A stretch of 64,000 nt of DNA, from assembly GCA_047967505.1 (NCBI GenBank), contig CM106538.1. One strand, 5' to 3'. The notes below the pieces were generated by a model. It did no database searches. It had not been told where the DNA came from and saw only the letters and a program-made list of their open reading frames with translations. Position numbers and translations under genes: made by a program. How positions within the stretch are numbered: the stretch's first letter is position 1; the number at the start of each line of letters is the position of its first letter. Below are positions 39,801 through 50,708 of this stretch, piece after piece. Source of the stretch: Dipteris shenzhenensis (lineage: Eukaryota).

Positions 39801-40888
39801 TCACAAAGTCCGGCCACTAATTATCTATGTGCTTCCAAGCTGCACAATCTGCTGGAATCCTCAATGTGTCATTGTTGGACCGATGAGATGCATGCCATGT
39901 CATCAACTCCGCTATGGATTTGCATCGGAACATGTGTTGTATTCTTGCAATGATGGGAAAGTGTCTCAAGACCTTTACCGGTATCTGCTCACCTTGCAAG
40001 TCATCTCTATATCGTTGGTCCCCACACTTTGGACAACTAGCCAAATCTCCATGCTCACGACGAAAGAGAATACAATCATTACGGCAAGCATGGATGGTAT
40101 CATAATCCATACCCACCGTTGTTAGAATCTTTTTCGCTTCATCTCTTGATGCGGGCATGGTATTTGGTGCAGGCAACATCTTCTGGAGCAACCTATGACA
40201 ATTCAAACATACATAGGCTTCGAACAATAATGATTCGGTATACACTATCCAAATGATGTTTCTTAAAACAAACATGATGATTCTCAAAACAAACAATATC
40301 CAAATAATGAGTCAAATTAATGCAAGAGCTAACCTCATTAAGGCTGAGACACTTGTATTACTTGCAGATTCAAGATTGAGAGACAAGCACATAGTTTAGA
40401 CATCCTAGCACCCTCGTACAATTGTGTTGATTGCAGCTCTCGCATTTTGACCTCAGACTCTGACATCACATGTACATGGGATGTAGTGCCCCTAAAAATA
40501 GAATCCATCATGTCGACCATACCCTCGTCATCATTTGGGAGACTATAGTCTTGCTCAAAGTGTGAAGGTATATGTGTACCCTCGTCAGCCTCCTCATCCT
40601 GTTTTAAGATTTTGTGTAAATATAAGATCTTGTATTTCCTAGTATCCAATAAGACTGCGAACTTAAATAGCTTTGACTTACCGGTAGTCCATCAACACGT
40701 GCAACACCAATGATGGGTATTGGTTTGGGCTCCTCCCTATACATCCACAAGTGGCGCATGATAATATGACGTTGATGTCGTACTTCTCGCTTGCAATGAG
40801 TGCAATGACAGTATAACCTCTCTATAAGCCAGTTTGTGCTCCCGGGCGTTGGCACATCATCGGACGAGCTTTCACTCGTCCCTTCCAT
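36873..40888 (-). pseudogene. CACTA transposase (TnpD/Tnp2-like; Transposase_21, DUF4218 and DUF4216-type regions), multi-exon
   Basis: Motifs IHACRNDCILF, CPKCGDQRY, GLAMDGVNPFG, WTMHDY, HLLDPMHIFKNV, GLKSHDWH, ERFMKTLKGFVRQRARPEASMAEG and LDVKWF. In-frame stops at 39819-39817 and 38393-38391. Confidence 0.93.
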
Positions 40889-41729
40889 CTACACTTATAA
40901 AATCACAACATAAGTTGCAAGAAAATATATTAACAATTATAAAATAGCATCTATGAGCTTCCCTTCAACTTAGAAGAAAAAGTGTCTTAAAGCATCCCTA
41001 TATAGTGACGTTTTACTTTGTTCCATCGCTATATAGCGACGCTTTTAATTAAAAACATCGCTATATAGTGATAGAAAAGAGTCGCTATATAGCGACGCTG
41101 TGGGTTAAATCCGAAACCCGAAGCTACGCGCGGCGCTTTCTTTAGCACTCTCTAATCTTTCAAGTAAACAAGGCAATCTCTCCTCGCACCTATTTTCGAC
41201 GACCTCCCACCTATTTTCGACAACCTCCCACTCTATTCTCCACTCCTCACCCTTCTCCTAGCCCTTGTGCTCCCTCTCCACCGTTCTCCCTCTTTGGTTT
41301 TTTGAAAGGAAGTTTTTCAAGAGATGAGTTTGTTTCAACAATGTAGGTTATTTGTTTGTTAGCTTTAGTTTTGTGAGTGCTTCTCCTTGTATTGCTAAAC
41401 CTGTAAACTAGTTTTCATGCTTGTTTTCAAAGGATTGAAACAAAAAACGAGATTTCAAGAAAGAAAGAAGACTCCCCTCTTCTTTCCCTTTTTTGTATTT
41501 CTCTTCCTTCTCTTTCTCCTTGTCTTCTCAATCTTCTCCTTTCAAGAAGTTACTTTTGTAATTTGAAAAAATGGTATGTTTCCTTTCTTTTGTAGGGCCA
41601 GTCCACAACACTGAGCGGGATGTACTATTTCAGCTAAGTGCTTCCTCTTTTTTCCATTTATTATTTTTGTTATTTGCATTGGCCTGCAGCTAGCACCTTA
41701 AGCGCTAGCTGTAGTGATGGGTGTAGGAT

Positions 41730-44700
41730 CCCTCTCTTCCCCTCTCTTTCCTCTTCTTTTCCACTTCTCTCCTCTTCTTTCCCTCCTTTTCTTCTTCTCT
41801 CCTTCAATCTTTCAATCTCTTTCCTCCTCTCTTCCCCTCTTTCCTTTCCCTCTTCTTCTCTCTTTCTTTCCCTCTTCTTCTCTCTTTTCCTCTTTTTCCC
41901 TCTTTCCTTTCCCTCTTCTTCTCTCTTTCCCTCTTTCCTTTCCCTCTTCTTCTCTCTCGCTTTCCCTCTTTTTCCCTCTTTCCTTTCCCTCTTCTTCTCT
42001 CTTTCCCCCTTCTCTTATGCTTATGCACTTATGCATGAGCATAAGACAAGTAGACATATGCTCATGCATATGCATGAGCATATGTCTCTTTTTCCCTCTT
42101 TCCTTTCCCTCTTCTTCTCTCTTTCTTTCCCTCTTTCTCATTTTTCAATCTCTCTTTCCTTTCCCTCTTCTTCTCTCTTTTTCTCTTTTTCCCTCTTTCC
42201 TTTCCCTCTTCTTCTCTCTTTCCCTCTTTCCTTTCCCTCTTCTTATCTCTTTCTTTCCCTCTTTTTCCCTCTTTCCTTTCCCTCTTCTTCTCTCTTTCCC
42301 CCTTCTCTTATGCTCATGCATAAGCATAAGCATGAGCATATGCTCATGCTTATGCTTATGCATGAGCATAAGAGAAGTAGACATATGCTCATGCATAAGC
42401 ATGAGCATATGTCTCTTTTTCCCTCTTTCCTTTCCCTCTTCTTCTCTCTTTCTTTCCCTCTTTCTCATTTTTCAATCTCTCTTTCCTTTCCCTCTTCTTC
42501 TCTCTTTTCCTCTTTTTCCCTCTTTCCTTTCCCTCTTCTTCTCTCTTTCCCTCTTTCCTTTCCCTCTTCTTCTCTCTTTCTTTCCCTCCTTTTCCCTCTT
42601 TCCTTTCCCTCTTCTTCTCTCTTTCCGTCTTTCCTTTCCCTCTTCTTCTCTCTTTCTTTCCCTCTTTTTTCCTCTTTCCTTTCCCTCTTCTTCTCTCTTT
42701 CCCCCTTCTCTTATGCTCATGCATAAGCATAAGCATGAGCATATGCTCATGCTTATGCTTATGCATGAGCATAAGAGAAGTAGACATATGCTCATGCATA
42801 AGCATGAGCATATGTCTCTTTTTCCCTCTTTACTTTCCCTCTTCTTCTCTCTTTCTTTCCCTCTTTCTCATTTTTCAATCTCTCTTTCCTTTCCCTCTTC
42901 TTCTCTCTTTTCCTCTTTTTCCCTCTTTCCTTTCCCTCTTCTTCTCTCTTTCCCTCTTTCCTTTCCCTCTTCTTCTCTCTTTCTTTCCCTCTTTTTTCCT
43001 CTTTCCTTTCCCTCTTCTTCTCTCTTTCCCCCTTCTCTTATGCTCATGCATAAGCATAAGCATGAGCATATGCTCATGCTTATGCTTATGCATGAGCATA
43101 AGTGAAGTAGACATATGCTCATGCATAAGCATGAGCATATGTCTCTTTTTCCCTCTTTCCTTTCCCTCTTCTTCTCTCTTTCTTTCCCTCTTTCTCATTT
43201 TTCAATCTCTCTTTCCTTTCCCTCTTCTTCTCTCTTTTCCTCTTTTTCCCTCTTTCCTTTCCCTCTTCTTCTCTCTTTCCGTCTTTCCTTTCCCTCTTCT
43301 TCTCTCTTTCTTTCCCTCCTTTTCCGGCCTCTTTCCTTTCCCTCTTCTTCTCTCTTTCCCTCTTTCCTTTCCCTCTTCTTCTCTCTTTCTTTCCCTCTTT
43401 TTCCCTCTTTCCTTTCCCTCTTCTTCTCTCTTTCCCCCTTCTCTTATGCTCATGCATAAGCATAAGCATGAGCATATGCTCATGCTTATGCTTATGCATG
43501 AGCATAAGAGAAGTAGACATATGCTCATGCATAAGCATGAGCATATGTCTCTTTTCCCCTCTTTACTTTCCCTATTTTTCTCTCTTTCTTTCCCTCTTTC
43601 TCATTTTTCAATCTCTTTCCTTTCCCTCTTCTTCTCTCTTTTCCTCTTTTTTCCTCTTTCCTTTCCCTCTTCTTCTCTCTTTCCCTCTTTCCTTTCCCTC
43701 TTCTTCTCTCTTTCCTTCCCTCTTTTTCCCACTTCTTCCCTCTTTCCCCCTTCTCTTATGCTCATGCATAAGCATAAGCATGAGCATATGCTCATGCTTA
43801 TGCTTATGCTTATGCATGAGCATAAGACAAGTAGATATATGCTCATGCATAAGCATGAGCATATGTCTCTTTTTCCTCTTTACTTTTCCTCTTCTTCTCT
43901 CTTTCTTTCCCTCTTTCCTCTTTTCCAATCTATCTTTCCTTTCCCTCTTCTTCTCTCTTCTCCTCTTTTCCCTCTTTCATGCTCATGTTCTTATGCTCAT
44001 GCATAAGCATAAGCATAAGCATATGTCTCCGTCTCTTATGCTTATGCTTATGCTTATGCATAAGACTCCTCTTATACATAAGCATAAACATGAGCATAAG
44101 AGAAGAAGACATATGCTCATGCTTATGCTTATGCATGGGCATAAGAGAAGTAGACATATGCTCATGCATAAGTATGAGCATATGTCTCATTTTTCCTCTT
44201 TCCTTTCCTTCTTCTTCTCTCTTTTTTCCCTCTTCTTCTCTCTTCTCCTCTTTTCCCCCCTCTTTTCCCTCTTTCATGCTCATGTTCTTATGCTCATGCA
44301 TAAGCATAAGCATGAGCATATGTGTAAGAGAAGCAGACATATGCTCCTCTTTTCCCTTCTCTTTTCCCTTCCCTTTTCCCTCCTCTTCTCCTCTTTTCCT
44401 TGCTCTTTTCCTCTTCTTCCACTTTTCTTCTTCCTCTTCTTTCTCTCTTCTTCCTCTTCTCTCCCTCTTCTTCCTCTTCTTTCCCTCTTTCCTTTCCCTC
44501 TTCTTCTCTCTTTCTTTCCCTCTTCTTCTCTCTTTCCTTTCCCTCTTCTTCTCTCTTTTCCCCTTCTCTTATGCTCATGCATAAGCATAAGCATGAGCAT
44601 ATGCTCCTGCTTATGTTTATGCATGAGCATAAGAGAAGTAGACATGTGCTCATGCATATGTCTCCTCTTTTCCTTTCTGTCTCCATCTTCCTCCCGTGTG

Positions 44701-44960
44701 GTTATTCTTGATGAGCATATGTCTCTTTTTTCCTCTTTCCTTTCCCTCTTCTTCTCTCTTTCTTTCCCTCTTTCCCCTTTTCCTATCTCTCTTTCCTTTC
44801 CCCCTTCTCTTATGCTCATGCATAAGCATAAGCATGAGCATATGTCTCTGTCTCAGATTATCCTTATGCTTATCATGCATATGTCTCCTCTTTTCCTTTC
44901 CCTCTTCTTCCTCTTTTCCTTTGCCTATGCCTATGCCTATGCCTATGCCTATGCGTATGC
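41730..44960. repeat. Higher-order repeat of CT-only tracts alternating with ATGC-based palindrome modules
   Basis: Perfect 76-bp palindromes at 42302-42377, 42705-42780 and 43438-43513, near-perfect ones at 43032-43107 and 44563-44638, plus further variants. Confidence 0.93.
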
Positions 44961-45000
44961 TTATGTTTGTTTTTTGTTTTTTGTTTTTGTGTTTGTGTCT

Positions 45001-46580
45001 ATGTTAGACATGGGATCACGTCGCACATCTGACGAGTACGGACAGCCTCGCAAGAGGAGAGCTCACGATCTATATGCTCCAGAGGACTTTGATTCCTCTC
45101 CTCGAGCACTACCCCTGGTCCGACTCCTCTCGGACTGAGCATTGCGACTACCCTTGGTCCGACTCCTCTCGGACGTAGCACTGCGACTACCCCTCGGGGA
45201 ACTCCTTTGCTAGCCGCGCATGGCTTTGTCGGGCTCGTCCCGACGAGTTTGTAGCACAGATGAGCGATGAGGAGGCAGCGAGATTCTTCTCTCTGCTATC
45301 TCAGAGGACCTCAGCAATATTTCCCTCCCCTACATCGATGGTTGGACGTACTACCTAGCCATCCCCTCGTGCCCCTTCGACCGAGGGTAATCATCTGCAT
45401 GTGCCTCTTATAAGGGAAGGAAGAGCAGGAAGGGTAGCTTATGTTGTGCTGACTCGAGAGATGTAGACGAGTCAGCACACTCACATTCCTACAAGTCTCC
45501 ACTTGTTCCGGAGACACAGTATCAGTCAGGTCCCTTGCCCTCTCCTACTCCCACTGCTACTCCTCGCTCCGGAAGCGCTCGCGCAGCTTCCACTCCTTCT
45601 GACTCTGCTACCATCAGTCCTCCTTACTCATTAGGGGATCTCTCCTATCAAATCACAGCTATCGGAGAGATAATAGAAGATAGAAAGGGCAAAGCAGTGA
45701 TGGCCACCATGAGGTGGTTGATGAGCCATCACTTCAAGAGCGGCATTGCTACCGATTGGCGGTATCAAGATGACCAAAAGAAGTAGGCGGTCATCAATGA
45801 ATTAAAACAAAAATATCCTAACCCGCCAAATTGGGAGTTTAATGAGGATTATATGCGAGAGCGCATGGGTTTGGTCTTGAAGCATCGTAGATCACCCTTG
45901 CATACTTCCATCACAAAGGGGTTGGCTAAACCCAGCTGGGTAGACAAAGCTGATTGGAAGTTCTTTAAGAAGCAGAATAGGGACCATCTCGAAATGTTCG
46001 AGGGTCAGAGGAGGGCTGCGAAGAGACGGCTATACATCATAGGTACTTCGCACTTTGGTGCAGGCGGATGGTTGGCGTTCGAGGCAACTGTGGTAAGTCT
46101 ACTTCTTCTCATTTAATGTATTGTTCTATTTGTTTTACTACATATTACATGCACTTTAGCTAACTCTAACTCTCGTAAATTGGATCCACAGCAAGCTGCG
46201 ATGGGTCGTCTTCCTATAGATGCAGAGACGCGACACACATTTCGCATAGGAACAAAGCCGTGGTTTATTGAGTAAGAGGCAATGGGAGCGACGGTCGATT
46301 GGGCTAAGGTGGCTGCTCGCACGGTATAAGTCTACTCCTACTTGTAATCTCACTTTTTAAATTGTTTTATTCTTTAAGTTCTAATCTAATTTTCAAGTTA
46401 TATGGTTCACTCTTTGGGTCAAAGCTCAAGTGTCCCATCATCAGAGGCGAGCGATCACCAGGGCCAGGGATCATATGCACGTGACGAGGATCAGGAAGAA
46501 GGTGTAGCTCATGAGGATCAAGGATCAGGCCAACGAGACGAGGACGAGGACGAGGATGAGGACAATTCGGATGAGTAGTA
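45001..46580 (+). pseudogene. CACTA second gene (TnpA / Transposase_24-like)
   Basis: KPSWVDKADWKFFKK...QRRAAKRR...GTSHFGAGGW fits the Ptta/En/Spm ORF2 pattern from memory. In-frame TAG at 45784-45786, GT donors near 46093 and 46324, and an acidic tail. Confidence 0.65.
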
Positions 46581-48236
46581 GTAGTAGTAGCAGCAGCAGT
46601 TTGCATTTTCTTCGCCATGTATGTCATTTTGTATATCCGCTCGTTTGAGCAATTTTGTATCACCCTTTCGAAAGGGTAATTTTGTAACAAACAATGTTGT
46701 ATATGTTCGACATGTATATGCTTTTGTTGCTCGATCATTTCATTTGAGCGATTTCGTATCACCCTTTTCGCAAGGAAAATTTTGTTATAAAAAACTTTTT
46801 TTTGTAATTACAAAAAAAAAAGGATTAGTGGGGCTAAACAGGGCCATAGCAAGCCCTGTTTAGCCCCACTAATCCTTTTTTTTAAGTTATGTTAATTGTC
46901 GCTATATAGCGACGTTTACAAGTATTACTATATAGCGACGATTATGAGTGTCGCTATATAGTGACGTTTAACAGTGTTGCTATATAGCGACGGTGTTTTT
47001 CTGATGCTTTTAACGACTTTAATAATGACATTTACGCCCGTAAATTTTTTTTAAAAAAATGTAAAATGCGTCGGTATTTTCGTCAGAAAAGGGCCTATGC
47101 CTTGTAGTGATATGAAGTATCCATTGTCTTATTAACTTCAATATGTACTCACTTATGTACTATTTTTCCAAAATTTTTGCCATGTAGTTAAAGAAAAATA
47201 CATTTCAAAATTTCATCTTTTTTGCAACAAAATTATGAGTTCTAGAAAAAGTGGGAGTTGGGATATTCCCACTTTTCCTAATATGGTCTTAAAAGGGATT
47301 TAATTGAGGTGGTCACCTTAAAAATCCTAGACTTCACGCAAAGATATCAACTAAGGGCTAAGGAAGAGTGGCCACTTCCAATCAAGTGGGACCAGAGAAA
47401 TGCTTGAATCACGCATAAAGGTGACCAAAGTAGCCTCCAGCTTCACTTCAAATTGGCAAAAGTCTATAAGGAAAGGTCTTTTGAGTATTTCACTTCTCTA
47501 TACCTTTCTTTGGAATCTAGAATACAATCAAGGGAGAGGAGAAAGAGAAGAGTAATATTGACATAGAGTACAATGCTTAAAATAAACAAAAACTTCAAAA
47601 AAGATAGAGTTGAATTTGAACTTGAATTGAATGCAACAAAAAACATGGCAACCTAAGTCTTTTGTATTGATTGGGACACCATAACAGTAGTTTGGTAGAA
47701 GGACAAAAAAATGTCTTAGGACATGCTTTAATTGAATGCCTACAACAAGGGAAAATTTGATCTTTTGCATATTCTTTGACATGTCTAACAAGTTCCAAAT
47801 TGAACCGTACTTTGTATATGTCTTCAATAGGGTAGCATGAGTTGGACCTCATATCATGTTGAACACCGACTTCAACCCTTATTTTGATTGTTCATTATGC
47901 TGCAATTTATGCTAGTTTCAAGATGCAAGAGATAATTGATATCATGGGAACCTTCAAATGTTTAAATTATACTTATAGAGTGCCTATAATCATGAATGAG
48001 TGATAAAATTTTAGAAAGCTATATGTAGAACACTTATATATGGGATAATTCAAAACTATAAAAAGCTTGATTTAATGCACAACCTTTTTTGAGAGTTGAG
48101 ATTAAGAGCACTTAATCTCTTTTAGTTGTAGCCTTTATTGTGATGTGGTGACTTTTGCCTATGATAAAATTTTAGTGTTGTTAAGATATGATAGTTTATG
48201 GCTATTATGTGTAGTATATAAAGATGCTTATTTATG

Positions 48237-48486
48237 AAATGTAACTTACAATGCAACCCATTAGGCTAACTACTCAAGTATGAATTGCTAAATCAATCTT
48301 GCTGAAATGATTCTTTAACAAACTTTTGTCAGTCTTAGATGTTTGATATACTTATTCAAACACTTCGCATAAAATGTAACTTACAATGCAACCCATTAGG
48401 CTAACCACTCAAGTATGAATTCCTAAATCAATCTAGCTGAAATGATTCTTTAACAAAATTTTGTCAGTCTTAGATGTTTGATATAC
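48237..48486. repeat. Tandem duplication, ~135-bp period
   Basis: AAATGTAACTTACAATGCAACCCATTAGGCTAAC at 48237 and 48372. Confidence 0.88.
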
Positions 48487-50708
48487 TTTTTATACTCATT
48501 GAAATCGGTTTTATTTTGAGATATACTAGACAAAGTGTCAAATTTGAGACTGCTCGAGTGAAAAATTGTATTATCATACATTTGTGAGCATTTTGTAATC
48601 ATGTGTAATGGGTTTTTGTACTCCTTTTATTTTTATAAAATAGTCTTATGACTCTACCTTAAGCTCAAGATAGGGAATTGTCGAAGACACATTTACACCA
48701 AGTTGTTTTTTTTGCCAAAATATTAAAAGGACACTTTTATGTCCTGTTATGCTACCAAACTAGTGATAAAGTCCCTTTATTAGGTTGTTCTTAGAAAGCT
48801 TGATGTCGATGCAAAAAAAGAGAGCATTATAAGGAGGTTAACCAAGCACAGAGGTATTTGGAAACTCAAGTCAAACCCATAGAGTAATAAGCAATACCTC
48901 AATATGGGGAAGAGGGAGTACAAATAAGCACCCCTCCACCCCCCTCTTCCCCTTGCCCCTCCGCCCCCGGCGCTGGCTTTGTCAAATCCTACACACCCAC
49001 ATTTTGTAAACCAAACAACAATTGAAAGGAAAACATGAGTACACGACCCTAAAGCCTCTAGTGGTAGTAAACCTACCCAAAGTTCTAGAATGGTTGGGCT
49101 TAGGGTATCTAGTGCCATAAGTACATGACCCCAAAGCCTTAGTGTAGTTACATGCCCCAAGGGCAGTGGTGATAACGTTGTAGGCCATTCGCATGCTAGA
49201 ACACATAAACTGAAATAGAGACAAATTTGGTAAAGGCCTTTGGCAATTGGAAGTGAATAAAAGATGAGTGGAAACAATTAAGAAATTTCATGACCTTGTC
49301 AACCATCATATTGACTCTTGTTAAAGGGACGCTCAATGGTCATCATGGAGGAGATCTTAAGAAACTCAGATGCAAAAGACAAGCACATTGTTGTTGTTGC
49401 TGCCGCAAGTCGATCCCTGGGCGTGCTCTTCCAACTGGCATTAGGTGGCCTGAGGATGGTTGGTGCAGCTCTAAGTTGGGGTTGGTGCACCTCTAGCATG
49501 ATGGAGATCCACATCTGAGGTATTTCACTCCTTAGCTTGTTTGGTCGGACTGGGATCCAACTTTGCATTAGGAGGCGGAATGGCGGTTGGTGCAGGTGTA
49601 AGGTAAAGGGGGTAAGCATCCGGGCAGCAGAGAGCGACGGGTTAGTTGAGTGGGGATGCTGGGGGGAGGGGGTGAGAGGGGGCGGAGTGTCTTGTCGTTG
49701 GAGCTACAGGGGACAATGTGAACGGAGAAAAAGAGAGCGAGAGAAAGAGAGAGGGAGAGAGAGAGAGAAAGAGATAGAAAAATCGATAGATAGATAGATA
49801 AAGAGAGCTGGCGGGGATAACGTGCGTTGGGGCAGGAGGGGCGTGAGACGGTGGGAGATCACGGGAGAAGATTTTAGTGGGGTGGTGACGAAGCGGGCGG
49901 CGAGGTAAATTAAAGTTGGCGACCTTGCAGAGTAGCGAGAGCATGAGCGAGAGACAAAGAGAGAGAGAAAGAGAGAGAGATGGAGTCGGCAGAAAGAAGA
50001 GAGTGCCGGGAGCGAGGTAGGCAGTACGAATAGTGGGCGTAGTAGAGCGGCAGGGGAAGGGTCAAGAGGTCCATGCAAAGATGGATGTTGGCGTGACGGA
50101 GACAGAAAAATATCGTGGGGCGATGAGCTGCTACGCCAGGCTTTTTCGCGTGGCGGGTCGCATCACGGTTGGCTGATATGCTACGATTGCAATGAGCCAA
50201 CAAAAGCAAAAGATCGTCGTCCAACATCCGCCAGCACAGGACGCCAAGATCGGCAACGACGGAGCTATCGAGGCAACAAGTCGTAAAACATCGGCTTAGA
50301 TGCTTGCTGTTGAGTGCGGCAACCTCCGTCGTAAAAGTTCGGCATAGATGGTAAAACTTCGGCAAAGATGATTCGTAGAAAGCTGTGAGTCCGGCAACTT
50401 CCGTCGTAGAAAATCTGCAGGAGGTGTTTGCAACCGGAAAAATCAGAGGCGAACAATCAAACGGAAGCTCAACTGGCGTGGCAAAAATCTGATACGGCTC
50501 TTCGAATCTCCGTCGTTTTGCCCGACGTACGTCGACGTTACGTCCGCCGGGCTTATCTCCGACGTCGATCATCTTATCCTTATTCCTAATCATCTAACTT
50601 ATCTGCTTCTTAAATCTTCTTTTTAACCATTTTCTTCGTCGTCTTCTTCTTCGTGTAAGCTCTCTCTCGGCCTCCTCATTCGCTTCCCACCAGCTTGTCA
50701 ATCCAGCT

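Larger units (their letters stand above)
36512..47109. mobile_element. Full-length CACTA (En/Spm) DNA transposon, 10.6 kb, inactivated
   Basis: Starts CACTAC (36512) and ends GTAGTG (47109), with 3-bp TSD ATA on both sides. GTCGCTATATAGCGAC subterminal repeats lie at both ends, and transposase and TnpA-like genes lie inside. Confidence 0.95.

Noticed and set aside
41730-44960. CRISPR-like repeat-spacer array
   Set aside because: The spacers are repetitive CT tracts rather than unique sequences, the repeats are too long, there are no cas genes, and the context is a eukaryotic TE.
41638-45138. Long ORFs (362-556 aa) rich in F/S/L/P or K/R/E
   Set aside because: These are stop-free translations of the low-complexity array in several frames on both strands.
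49299-50593. Divergent gene upstream of the alpha-galactosidase (ORFs 49910-50593 and 49299-49619)
   Set aside because: No recognisable domain or splice model; the frames run through GC-rich promoter DNA and GA repeats. A non-coding or decayed transcript cannot be excluded.
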